64,000 bases of DNA from NCBI GenBank assembly GCA_002353485.1, contig DEJS01000019.1:22138-86137 (forward strand), given 5' to 3'. Shown one piece after another: positions 47,552 through 56,872 of this stretch; position 1 is the first letter of the stretch; the number at the start of each line of letters is the position of its first letter. Made by a program: the position numbers and the translations under genes. Source of the DNA: Prevotella sp. UBA2742 (GTDB taxonomy: Bacteria > Bacteroidota > Bacteroidia > Bacteroidales > Bacteroidaceae). The notes below the pieces were generated by a model that saw only the letters and a list, made by a program, of their open reading frames with translations, was not told the origin of the DNA and did no database searches.

Positions 47552-49279
47552 CTAAGCCTCTGCTTCAGGCTCGGCGGCCTTAAAGTGGGCTAAGTCCTCC
47601 ACCTTGAAATTCTTGATGTAGGCAGCCTTGCCACATACATCCTCCTCCGTCATGCGCACATAGACGTTGGCACTCTTCTTGAACAGCTCAGGACACTTAG
47701 CTGCGTCGCGGATAATCAGCAGTGACATAACAAGCTCGGCAGTCATGTCGTACAGACGACGGGCCAGGAAGTCGTGAGCATCCTGATTGTCCAGGGCCTT
47801 CACGTATGCCAGGGCATCCTCATAGACGGGGATGAGCTTCTCAACACGCGCCTTCAAGGCTGCATCAGCCTCAGCAGGCAGGGCAGCGAGCATGTCCTTG
47901 ATATTGTTCAGCATCGTACCGTTAGAGATATAACGGATGGCGGCAACCACCTGCAGCTGGGTGGTACCCTCGTAGATGGAGAAGATGCGGGCATCACGGA
48001 ACAGACGCTGGCTCTTGTACTCCATGATGAAGCCCGAACCACCGTGGATGCTGATGGCATCGTAGGCATTCTGGTTGGCATACTCCGAGTTCATACCCTT
48101 GGCCAGCGGCGTGAAAGCATCAGCCAGACGCTGATACTTCTTCAGTTCCTGCTTCTCTTCGGGTGTCAGCTTGCGGTCGCGCTCAATGTCCTCCAGGCAC
48201 TTGTAGACATCCACGTAGCAGGCAGTCTCGTAGAGCAGGCTGCGACCGGCATCCAGCTTGGCCTTCATACGAGAGAGCATGTCATAGACAGCGGGAAAGT
48301 TGATGATCTTGTCACCAAACTGCTGACGCTCCTTGGCGTAGGCAAGTCCCTCGTTGTAAGCCTCCTGCTCCACACCAACCGACTGGGCGGCGATACCTAA
48401 GCGGGCACCGTTCATCAGTGCCATCACGTACTTGATAAGACCCAGACGGGTGCTTCCGCACAGCTCTGCCTTGGCGTTCTTATAGGTCAGCTCACAGGTA
48501 GGCGAGCCGTGGATACCCAGCTTGTGCTCGATGTGACGCACGTCAACACCACCCTGGCGCTTGTCGTAGATGAACATCGACAGGCCGCGGCCGTCCTTGG
48601 TGCCTTCCTCTGAGCGGGCCAGCACGAGATGGATGTCGCTATCACCGTTGGTGATGAAACGCTTCACACCGTTTAGGCGCCAGCAGTTCTCCTTCTCGTC
48701 GAAGGTAGCCTTCAGCATCACGCGCTGCAGGTCACTACCGGCATCGGGCTCTGTGAGGTCCATAGACATACCCTCACCGGCGCAAACACGGGGGATATAC
48801 TTCTGGCGCTGCTCCTCTGAACCGAACTCATACAGGGTGTCGATACAGCTCTGCAAGCTCCAGATGTTCTGGAAACCGGCATCAGCAGCCGAAATCATCT
48901 CACTCAGCATGGAGAACACTGCGTTAGGCAGGTTCAGACCGCCGTAGCGACGGGGCATGGAGACACCCCACAGACCAGCCTTGCGGGTGGCATCGAGGTT
49001 CTCGTAAGTCTTAGAGGCGTAGATCATACGACCGTTCTCGAGGTGTGGACCTTCCAGGTCAACAGCCTCAGAGTTCGGCTCGATGATGTTAGCAGCCACG
49101 TCGCCGGTAATGTCGAGAATCTGTTTGTAGTTCTCGATGGCATCGCCCAGGTCAACGGGAGCATAGTCGTATTCTTTCGCATCAGCGAAACCCTTTTCTT
49201 TCAGCTCGACGATACGAGCCATCAGGGGGTGGTTCAAGTAGAACCCGATCTCAGGATGATCGCTATAATAGTTTGCCAT
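47552..49279 (-). CDS. Acyl-CoA dehydrogenase
   Basis: MDLTEPDAGSDL, LNGVKRFITNG, KLGIHGSPT, IHGGSG, IYEGTTQLQ. Confidence 0.95.
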   Translation of the reverse strand: MANYYSDHPEIGFYLNHPLMARIVELKEKGFADAKEYDYAPVDLGDAIENYKQILDITGDVAANIIEPNSEAVDLEGPHLENGRMIYASKTYENLDATRKAGLWGVSMPRRYGGLNLPNAVFSMLSEMISAADAGFQNIWSLQSCIDTLYEFGSEEQRQKYIPRVCAGEGMSMDLTEPDAGSDLQRVMLKATFDEKENCWRLNGVKRFITNGDSDIHLVLARSEEGTKDGRGLSMFIYDKRQGGVDVRHIEHKLGIHGSPTCELTYKNAKAELCGSTRLGLIKYVMALMNGARLGIAAQSVGVEQEAYNEGLAYAKERQQFGDKIINFPAVYDMLSRMKAKLDAGRSLLYETACYVDVYKCLEDIERDRKLTPEEKQELKKYQRLADAFTPLAKGMNSEYANQNAYDAISIHGGSGFIMEYKSQRLFRDARIFSIYEGTTQLQVVAAIRYISNGTMLNNIKDMLAALPAEADAALKARVEKLIPVYEDALAYVKALDNQDAHDFLARRLYDMTAELVMSLLIIRDAAKCPELFKKSANVYVRMTEEDVCGKAAYIKNFKVEDLAHFKAAEPEAEA

Positions 49280-49285
49280 AATTTC

Positions 49286-49471
49286 TTATTTGTTTTCTTG
49301 ATTCTTCTTATGAATTCTTCCTCCTAATCTTCCTCCGAAGATGCAGCCACATATTGCTGCACAAAGTGACATGAGAGAGGCTAATTCTATATTGCCTGCA
49401 GAATGAACGAAATAACCGGCAACAAGAAATGCCACAGCCCCTAAAAGGAGAAAATAATCCAATGCTTTCAT
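49286..49471 (-). CDS. Small two-TM membrane protein, hypothetical
   Basis: 61 aa with two hydrophobic stretches; fills the etfA-acd gap with 1-nt and 6-nt spacers; AT-rich. Confidence 0.6.
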   Translation of the reverse strand: MKALDYFLLLGAVAFLVAGYFVHSAGNIELASLMSLCAAICGCIFGGRLGGRIHKKNQENK

Positions 49472-49472
49472 C

Positions 49473-50498
49473 TTACTTCGAATTCTGCTTGTAGTACTTA
49501 ATCAGTTTGGGAACCACTTCCTCGACAGTACCAACGATGACGTAATCGGCAATGCGGTTGATGGGTGCATCGGGGTCAGAGTTGATGCTGATGATGATAC
49601 CAGAGTCCTGCATACCGGCGATGTGCTGAATCTGACCGGAGATGCCACAGGCGATGTAAACCTTTGGATGAACGGTGACACCCGTCTGACCAATCTGACG
49701 GTCGTGGTCGAGCCAGCCGGCATCGACAGCGGCGCGGCTACCGCCCACCTCACCGTGCAGCACCTTAGCCAACTGGAACAGCATGTCGAAGTTCTCCTTC
49801 GACCCCATGCCATAACCACCGGCCACCACGATGGGCGCACCCTTCAGGTTGTGCTTGGCAGCCTCTACGTGGTGGTCGAGCACCTTCACCACGAAAGCCT
49901 CGGGGCTTACATACTTCGATACGAGTGGGTAAACCACTTCGTGACGAGCGTCACCCTCATAGATAGCCTTCTGCATCACGCCCGAGCGCACGGTAGCCAT
50001 CTGTGGACGGTGCTCGGGATTCACGATCGTAGCCACGATGTTACCACCGAAGGCAGGGCGAATCTGGTAGAGCAGGTTGGTGAACAACTTGCCGCTCTTC
50101 TTGTCCTCGAAGTCGCCAATCTCCAGCTCCGTGCAGTCGGCCGTCAGGCCGCTGGTCAGCGACGAGCTTACACGGGGACCGAGGTCACGGCCAATCACGG
50201 TAGCCCCCATCAGGCATATCTGCGGCTTCTCCTCCTTGAAGAGGTTCACCAAGATGTCGGTATGGGGAGCCGAGGTGTAGGGGAACAAGTCGGGAGCGTC
50301 GAAAACAAAGAGCTTGTCGACGCCGTAGGGCAGAATCTGGTCTTCCACCTTACCCTTGATATCGGTGCCGGCCACAACAGCGTGCAGCTCCACACCCAGT
50401 TCATTGGCGAGCTTGCGACCCTTGGTCAGCAGCTCCTGAGATACTTCCTGTACCTGAGTACCTTCTATCTCGCAATATACAAATACGTTGTTAGCCAT
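49473..50498 (-). CDS. etfA: Electron transfer flavoprotein alpha subunit
   Basis: GLTADCT, RPAFGGN, SRAAVD, QIGQTG, GISGQIQH; start reassigned to ATG (MANNV). Confidence 0.95.
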   Translation of the reverse strand: MANNVFVYCEIEGTQVQEVSQELLTKGRKLANELGVELHAVVAGTDIKGKVEDQILPYGVDKLFVFDAPDLFPYTSAPHTDILVNLFKEEKPQICLMGATVIGRDLGPRVSSSLTSGLTADCTELEIGDFEDKKSGKLFTNLLYQIRPAFGGNIVATIVNPEHRPQMATVRSGVMQKAIYEGDARHEVVYPLVSKYVSPEAFVVKVLDHHVEAAKHNLKGAPIVVAGGYGMGSKENFDMLFQLAKVLHGEVGGSRAAVDAGWLDHDRQIGQTGVTVHPKVYIACGISGQIQHIAGMQDSGIIISINSDPDAPINRIADYVIVGTVEEVVPKLIKYYKQNSK

Positions 50499-50505
50499 AT
50501 CCCTA

Positions 50506-51378
50506 TTATCCAATGATTTTCTCGTCCAACAATTCCTTAATCATTCCCTCGATATCAGCATCTGAAGCCGTTAAGGTCTTCGACTCCTTAGCCTGGAACA
50601 CGATGTTCTTGATAGCCTTTACCTTCGTGGGCGAACCACTGAGACCGCACTGCGAGGCGTCGCCGTCCACGTCGGCCACCGACCACTGGTTCAGCGTCAG
50701 GTAAGGACGCTCCTCGTAGAGGTTGTCGTATGGCGTGCCTTCAGCAGGACGCTCCATCGGACACGTGGCGCGCTTGTACTTCATCACCAGCTTGGCGTTC
50801 TGCGGACGACAGGGGGCAGCGCTTCCGTTCACCGTGATGACCACGGGCAGCGGAGCCTCTACGGTCTCCACACCACCGTCGATGACGCGCTTAATGGTTG
50901 CCTTGCCATCCTTCACACTCATCACCTCTTCAGCATAGGTCACCTGGTTCAGACCCAGCTTCTGGGCCACCTGAGGGCCTACCTGGGCCGTATCGCCATC
51001 AATAGCCTGACGGCCGCCGATGACGATGTCCACGTTGCCAATTTTCTTAATAGCGGTAGCCAAAGCGTAAGACGTAGCCAGCGTGTCGGCACCGGCAAAC
51101 AGACGGTCGGTGAGCAGCCAGCCTGTGTCGGCACCGCGGTACAGTCCCTGACGGATAATCTCGCCTGCACGGGGAGGACCCATCGTGAGGATACCTACTG
51201 TAGAGCCCGGGTTCTGCTCCTTCAGCCGAAGGGCCTGCTCCAGGGCGTTCAGATCTTCTGGATTGAAGATAGCGGGCAGGGCAGCACGATTCACCGTTCC
51301 TTCGGCGGTCATGGCGTCCTTGCCCACATTACGGGTGTCTGGCACTTGCTTGGCCAGCACAACAATTTTTAATGCCAT
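50506..51378 (-). CDS. etfB: Electron transfer flavoprotein beta subunit
   Basis: KQVPDT, TMGPP, GADTLATS, GRQAIDGDTAQVGP, GSPT. Confidence 0.95.
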   Translation of the reverse strand: MALKIVVLAKQVPDTRNVGKDAMTAEGTVNRAALPAIFNPEDLNALEQALRLKEQNPGSTVGILTMGPPRAGEIIRQGLYRGADTGWLLTDRLFAGADTLATSYALATAIKKIGNVDIVIGGRQAIDGDTAQVGPQVAQKLGLNQVTYAEEVMSVKDGKATIKRVIDGGVETVEAPLPVVITVNGSAAPCRPQNAKLVMKYKRATCPMERPAEGTPYDNLYEERPYLTLNQWSVADVDGDASQCGLSGSPTKVKAIKNIVFQAKESKTLTASDADIEGMIKELLDEKIIG

Positions 51379-51387
51379 AAAAATAAA

Positions 51388-51559
51388 TAATATGTTATTT
51401 TGTTACTCTGTCTAAAGAGATACTCTATATATAATATGTTATTTTGTTACTATGTCTAAAAAGACACTCCATATATAATATGTTATTCTGTTACTATGTC
51501 TAAAAAGACACTCCATATGTTATATGTTATTCTGTTACTCTGTCTAAAAAAGATACTCT
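51388..51559. repeat. 44-bp AT-rich tandem repeat x4 in the etfB leader
   Basis: taatatgttatt(t/c)tgttact(c/a)tgtctaaa(g/a)aga(t/c)actc... at 51388, 51432, 51476 and 51520. Confidence 0.9.
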
Positions 51560-51718
51560 GTCAGAAAATCGCCCGCAAAGGTACGATTTTTTGCGCACAC
51601 AGCCAAATAAAATGCACAAAATCACTCCTGCTGTGCACAAAGACGCCCTTTTGTGCAATAAAATCTATGCAAGGAACGCCTGTTATTCCGTTTTTTCTTT
51701 GTACCTTTGTCGGCAATT

Positions 51719-53671
51719 ATGATAGACCGTGCTACAGTAGACCGCATTATGGAAGCCACCAACATCGTTGACGTGGTGGGCGAGTTCGTGACCCTTCGCA
51801 AGTCGGGCGTGAACTACAAGGGTCTGTGTCCGTTTCACGACGACAAGACGCCTTCCTTCATGGTTTCTCCCGCCCGCCAGATATGCAAGTGCTTTTCGTG
51901 CGGCGAGGGCGGCAATGCCATCAACTTCCTGATGAAGCACGAGCAGATAACGTACCCCGAGGCGCTGCGCTGGCTGGCCAAGAAGTACAGCATAGAGATA
52001 CAAGAGCGCGAGCTGACCGACGAGGAGAAGAAAGAGCAGTCCGACCGTGAGGCCATGTTCGTGGTCAACGAGTGGGCCGCCGACTACTTCCACCAGATAC
52101 TGAAGAACGACGTTGACGGTCTGGCCATCGGCAAGCAGTACTTCCGCAGCCGTGGCATCCGCGACGACATCATCGAGCGCTTCCACCTGGGTTTTGCCCT
52201 CACCCGGCGCGACGCCATGACCGCCGAGGCCCGCCGCAAGGGCTACAAGGACGAATACCTGGTCAAGACCGGTCTGTCCATACAGGGCGAGAAGGGCGTG
52301 TACGACCGCTTTGCCGGCCGCGCCATCTTCCCCTGGCTCAACGTCAGCGGCAAGGTAGTGGCCTTTGGCGGCCGCAAGCTCGACGCCGCCACCAAGGGTG
52401 TGCAGCAGAAGTACGTCAACTCGCCCGACTCAGAGATATACCACAAGGAACGCGAGCTCTATGGCATCTACCAGGCCAAGAAGGCCATTGCCAAGGAAGA
52501 CCGCGTCTACATGGTCGAGGGCTACACCGACGTCATTGCCATGCACCAGAGCGGTCTGGAGAACGTGGTGGCCAACTCGGGCACGGCGCTCTCTGTCCAC
52601 CAGATTAAGCTGCTGCGGCGCTTCACCCAGAACATCGTGCTGCTCTACGACGGCGACGAGGCCGGCATCCATGCTGCCATGCGCGGTACCGACATGCTGC
52701 TGCAGGAGGGCATGAACGTCAAGGTGCTGCTGCTGCCCGACGGCGACGACCCCGACTCCTTTGCCCGCAAGCACACCACCCAGCAGCTGCGTGAGTACAT
52801 AGACCAGCACCAGACCGACTTCATTGAGTTCAAGACCGAGCTGCTGCTGCGTGGCGTTACCGACCCCGTCAAGCGTGCCGAGGCCATCAACAGCATCGTG
52901 CGTTCGGTCAGCGTCATCCCCGACCCTGTGGTGCGCGCCACCTACATCCGCGAGTGCGTACTGCGCCTGGGCGTTGACGAGCAGACACTTATCACCCAGA
53001 CCAACAAGTACATCGCCGGCGACCGCGAGGAGCAGCGCAAGAGCGCCGAGCGCGAGGCGCGCCAGCCCGAACAGCAGGACAACGCCGAACCACAGCAGCC
53101 CTCCTTCGGGCTGCACACCGCCCTGGAGCAGTCGACGGAGGTAGAGCGCCTGCTTATACAAAGCGTCATCCGCCACGGCGACGTCGTTATCTTCGAGGAC
53201 CTGGAGGCCGACGACGGCACCACCGTCAACCTCAACGTGGCCCAGTACATAGACTACGACCTGAGTCAGGACGACCTGCACTTCTCCGACCCCCTCTACA
53301 ACCGCATCCTGCAGGAAGCCGTCGAGCACTCCGAGGACCCCGACTTCCGCGCCGACAGCTACTTCATGCAGCACCCCGACCCCGAGGTCAGCCAGCTGGC
53401 GGCCCGTCTGGGCATCGACAGCCACCAGCTCAGCGCCAGCTTCACGCGCGAGCTCAGCCAGGGCGAGATGCGCCAGCGCGTGCAACACCTCATCCTCGAC
53501 TTCCGCATGGACATCATCAACCAGCAGATGAAGAGCCTCCAGCAACAGCTGCGGCTGATGAACTCCTCTACCCCTCCTGACCAGATGCGCCAGCTCATGC
53601 AGCAGTACCAGCAGACCCAGGAGCTGCGCAACGCCCTGGCCCGCCGCCGGGGCTCCGACGTACTCGTTTAA
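51719..53671 (+). CDS. dnaG: DNA primase
   Basis: CPFHDDKTPSF...CFSCG zinc finger, KYVNSP, VEGYTDV, YDGDEAG, DPD; ATG after TACCTTTG. Confidence 0.97.
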   Translation: MIDRATVDRIMEATNIVDVVGEFVTLRKSGVNYKGLCPFHDDKTPSFMVSPARQICKCFSCGEGGNAINFLMKHEQITYPEALRWLAKKYSIEIQERELTDEEKKEQSDREAMFVVNEWAADYFHQILKNDVDGLAIGKQYFRSRGIRDDIIERFHLGFALTRRDAMTAEARRKGYKDEYLVKTGLSIQGEKGVYDRFAGRAIFPWLNVSGKVVAFGGRKLDAATKGVQQKYVNSPDSEIYHKERELYGIYQAKKAIAKEDRVYMVEGYTDVIAMHQSGLENVVANSGTALSVHQIKLLRRFTQNIVLLYDGDEAGIHAAMRGTDMLLQEGMNVKVLLLPDGDDPDSFARKHTTQQLREYIDQHQTDFIEFKTELLLRGVTDPVKRAEAINSIVRSVSVIPDPVVRATYIRECVLRLGVDEQTLITQTNKYIAGDREEQRKSAEREARQPEQQDNAEPQQPSFGLHTALEQSTEVERLLIQSVIRHGDVVIFEDLEADDGTTVNLNVAQYIDYDLSQDDLHFSDPLYNRILQEAVEHSEDPDFRADSYFMQHPDPEVSQLAARLGIDSHQLSASFTRELSQGEMRQRVQHLILDFRMDIINQQMKSLQQQLRLMNSSTPPDQMRQLMQQYQQTQELRNALARRRGSDVLV

Positions 53672-53683
53672 CACCACCCGACA

Positions 53684-55132
53684 ATGGACATACTCTACAT
53701 CATAGGAGGAATCGTTACGTGGGTCCTGGCCGCCGCCGCCATGCTACACGTCATCATGGACAACCGCCAGCCCGCCAAGACCATGGCCTGGACACTGGTC
53801 ATACTCTTCCTGCCACTGGCAGGCATCGTGCTCTACCTCTTCTTCGGACTCAACACGCGCCGGCAGCGGCTCGTCAGCCAGCGCTCCCTCGACCAGCTCT
53901 CACGGCGCTCCATGCTCAGCTTCGTCGACCAGCCCGACATTCAGGTTGACGACAGCCACGAACAGCTCGTCGAGCTCTTTGCCAACCAGAACTCCTCGCT
54001 GCCCTTCCGCGTCCACGACGTGGGCATCCACGCCGACGGCTACTCCTTCATTCACAGCCTGCTCGGCGACATTGCCGCCGCCCGTCACCACATACACATC
54101 GACATCTACATCTTCGAGGACGACGCGCTGGGCAACCTCGTGGCCGACGCCCTCATCGACCGTGCCCGCCAGGGCGTCCGCGTGCGCATCATCTTCGACG
54201 ACGTAGGCTGCTGGAAGGTGCCCTCCGCCTTCTTCGAGCGCATGCGCGAGGAGGGCGTCGAGATACACCCCTTCCTGCCCGTCCACTTCCCCCAGTTCAC
54301 CAGCAAGGCCAACTACCGCAACCACCGCAAGCTCATCGTCATCGACGGTCGGGTGGGCTACGTCGGCGGCATGAACCTGGCGCTGCGCTACGTCAAGGGC
54401 ACCGGTGAACAGTCGTGGCGCGACACCATGCTGCGGCTCACCGGACCCATCGTCTACTCCCTGCAGCGTGCCTTCTTCGTCGACTGGTACTTCGTCGACC
54501 GCACACTGATGACCGAGCGCGTCTACTACCCCCCGCTGCCCGCACCCACGGCCGACGGCACCGCGCCAGCGGCCGACAGGTGGAACCTGGCACAGTTCGT
54601 CACCAGCGGCCCCATCACCCCCTATCCCGAAATCATGCAAGGCTTCGTGCGCGCCATCACCGCCGCCCACCGCTACATATACATCGAGACACCCTACTTC
54701 CTGCCCAACGAACCCGTGCTCTTCGCCCTGAAGACCGCGGCACTGGCCGGCGTAGACGTCTGCATACTATGTCCGCACCGCAGCGACGCCCGCTTCACCG
54801 AGTGGGCCTCCCGCAGCTACCTGCGCGAGGTCAGCCAGGCCGGCGCACGCGTTTATCTGTACGAGGCCGGATTCCTGCACTCCAAGCTCATGGTGGTCGA
54901 CGACAACCTCTCGACCTGCGGTTCCACCAACGTCGACTTCCGGTCGTTCGAGAACAACTTCGAGTCAAACATCTTCATCTACGGCCAGGACGTCGCCCTG
55001 CGCCTGAAACAGCTCTTCCTGAACGACCTGTCGCAGAGCACCCTGCTCGACGACGTCGACGACTGGGTTCACCCGTCGTTCCCGAAGCGTCTCTGCGAGA
55101 GTCTGACCCGCATGCTGTCGCCCCTGTTGTAA
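53684..55132 (+). CDS. cls: Cardiolipin synthase
   Basis: Two N-terminal TMs; two HKD motifs NHRKLIVIDG and LHSKLMVVDD. Confidence 0.95.
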   Translation: MDILYIIGGIVTWVLAAAAMLHVIMDNRQPAKTMAWTLVILFLPLAGIVLYLFFGLNTRRQRLVSQRSLDQLSRRSMLSFVDQPDIQVDDSHEQLVELFANQNSSLPFRVHDVGIHADGYSFIHSLLGDIAAARHHIHIDIYIFEDDALGNLVADALIDRARQGVRVRIIFDDVGCWKVPSAFFERMREEGVEIHPFLPVHFPQFTSKANYRNHRKLIVIDGRVGYVGGMNLALRYVKGTGEQSWRDTMLRLTGPIVYSLQRAFFVDWYFVDRTLMTERVYYPPLPAPTADGTAPAADRWNLAQFVTSGPITPYPEIMQGFVRAITAAHRYIYIETPYFLPNEPVLFALKTAALAGVDVCILCPHRSDARFTEWASRSYLREVSQAGARVYLYEAGFLHSKLMVVDDNLSTCGSTNVDFRSFENNFESNIFIYGQDVALRLKQLFLNDLSQSTLLDDVDDWVHPSFPKRLCESLTRMLSPLL

Positions 55133-55162
55133 TATAAAGAGGAAATAAAGGTAGAATCTCCT

Positions 55163-55693
55163 CTACCTGAATATCGAAAAGTTTACACTGCCGTAGCGGC
55201 GGTGTTCCACAAAGCGTGCATGGTGCGAGAAGTCGTGCTCCTTGCCATGCTCGAACACCAGAATGCCCCCCTCCTTCAGCAGTGCACCGTCGAGCACGAG
55301 GTCCGGCACCTGGGGCAGCTCCTTCAGCGCGTACGGGGGGTCGGCAAATACCAGGTCGAACTGCTGCCGGCACGACTTCAGGAACCGGAACACATCGCCC
55401 CTGACGGCCACGCCCGCCGTGTCGCCCACCTTCTGGAGACACTGCTGAATGAAACGGTGGTGGTCGCGGTCCATCTCGACACTCACCACGCGGCTGCACC
55501 CCCTGGACAGCAGCTCCAGCGTAATGCTGCCCGTGCCCGAGAAGAGGTCCAGTGCCTCGGCGCCCTCCAGGTCCACATACTGCGGCAGTACGTTGAAAAT
55601 ATTCTCCTTCGCAAAGTCCGTCGTCGGCCTTGCCTTGAACGTGCGCGGTATGTCGAAGTGGCGCCCCTTGTATCGTCCCGTAATCACTCTCAT
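55163..55693 (-). CDS. rsmD: 16S rRNA m2G966 methyltransferase
   Basis: MRVITG, RPTTD, LDLFSGTGS, FADPPY. Confidence 0.93.
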   Translation of the reverse strand: MRVITGRYKGRHFDIPRTFKARPTTDFAKENIFNVLPQYVDLEGAEALDLFSGTGSITLELLSRGCSRVVSVEMDRDHHRFIQQCLQKVGDTAGVAVRGDVFRFLKSCRQQFDLVFADPPYALKELPQVPDLVLDGALLKEGGILVFEHGKEHDFSHHARFVEHRRYGSVNFSIFR

Positions 55694-55711
55694 ACTAACA
55701 GTCCTCCCTGC

Positions 55712-56491
55712 TTAAAGTCCCTTCAGGTAGTACACCATCAAGTCGTACGGCACGCCCTCAATCAGTGTCACCTGCGCACGGTTGAACTCGCCCGTCGGGT
55801 TGCCCACCAGTACACGTTTTACATACCTCTTCAGCCCCTCGGTCAGCGCCTCCCGCTCGGGCACGTCGCCCGACAGGTGCAGCTCGTCCTCGCGAGCGTC
55901 CATGCCCAGCTGCTTCCATACGCTCAGCAGGAAGTACATCACGTCGCCCTGCTCGCGCACCTGGTACTGGTTCTGGAACCTGAAGCGTCCCTGCTGGAAG
56001 GCAAACACCTCCATGCGCTGGTCGTGGAAGTAGCCGTACAGCTTCTGCTTCATGCCCGTGAAGCTGCGTCTGTACAGATGGTGCCACACCGGTGCGCACA
56101 CCGGCACCAGCCGTACCTGGCCGTAACGCTCCTCCAGCACCTGCCGCAGGTCGCGCTCCACGTCGAACACCGCCACGGCGTTCAGCTCGGGCAGCACGTG
56201 GCTCACCACCACCCGGTGTTCCGCCGCCGTATAGGTATGGCTGAACAGCAGCTGTGCGTCCTCCTCGCTGTACATGTTCATCGGCACCATCAGCACGCGG
56301 GCGTCCAGCAGCACCGTGACGCGCTCGAAACGCTCGGCGGCCATCGTCGCCGTACGCAGCGCCTCGCGCATGTTCGCCGCTGCCGACATGCCGGCCTTCA
56401 GCGCGTACGGTTCGTACACCACCTCGCCCCCCTCGACGGTCGAGAACGACAGGCTCTGCCGGCTCAGGCGTATGGTCAGTCGTCTGTTCAT
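55712..56491 (-). CDS. DUF3822-like protein
   Basis: LTIRLSRQSLSF, DVMYFLL.VW.QLG; position between rsmD and a RecD-like gene as in other Bacteroidales; start uncertain. Confidence 0.7.
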   Translation of the reverse strand: MNRRLTIRLSRQSLSFSTVEGGEVVYEPYALKAGMSAAANMREALRTATMAAERFERVTVLLDARVLMVPMNMYSEEDAQLLFSHTYTAAEHRVVVSHVLPELNAVAVFDVERDLRQVLEERYGQVRLVPVCAPVWHHLYRRSFTGMKQKLYGYFHDQRMEVFAFQQGRFRFQNQYQVREQGDVMYFLLSVWKQLGMDAREDELHLSGDVPEREALTEGLKRYVKRVLVGNPTGEFNRAQVTLIEGVPYDLMVYYLKGL

Positions 56492-56689
56492 TGCTTCATA
56501 ATGCTCAGCACGCACAGCGCAGCCAGCGCCGCACTGCACAGTGCCAGTATAAGGTTTGTCTTCTGAATGCTTGTCATCTCTCTACTCAGCGTTCCGCCCG
56601 GCAGCGCCCGGCACCCGCTTTACGCTGCAAAGGTACAGCAATCCGACTGAAAACCCAAACAAAATCCCTTTTTTTTTCCTTCGGCCCGT

Positions 56690-56815
56690 TTTTCGCTCCC
56701 GTTTTTCTCCGCTTCATGTCCAGTATTTGTCCAGTATATGTCCAGTATTTGTTCAGTGAATGACTGAACAAACGGTGAGCATGCAGTGTAGGTGTAGTGA
56801 GCAAAAAACGGAACA
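56690..56815. repeat. 11-bp-period palindromic intergenic element, copy C (paralog of copy A)
   Basis: 56708-56771 matches 4857-4920 at about 60/64 nt. Confidence 0.85.
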
Positions 56816-56872
56816 AAAAAAATGGCGTGTGGGAAAAAATGTGTAACTTTGCAGCAGACTTTCCGTGAGCAG

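Noticed and set aside
51388-51559. Possible CRISPR array
   Set aside because: The units are contiguous 44-bp copies with no unique spacers, and there are no cas genes
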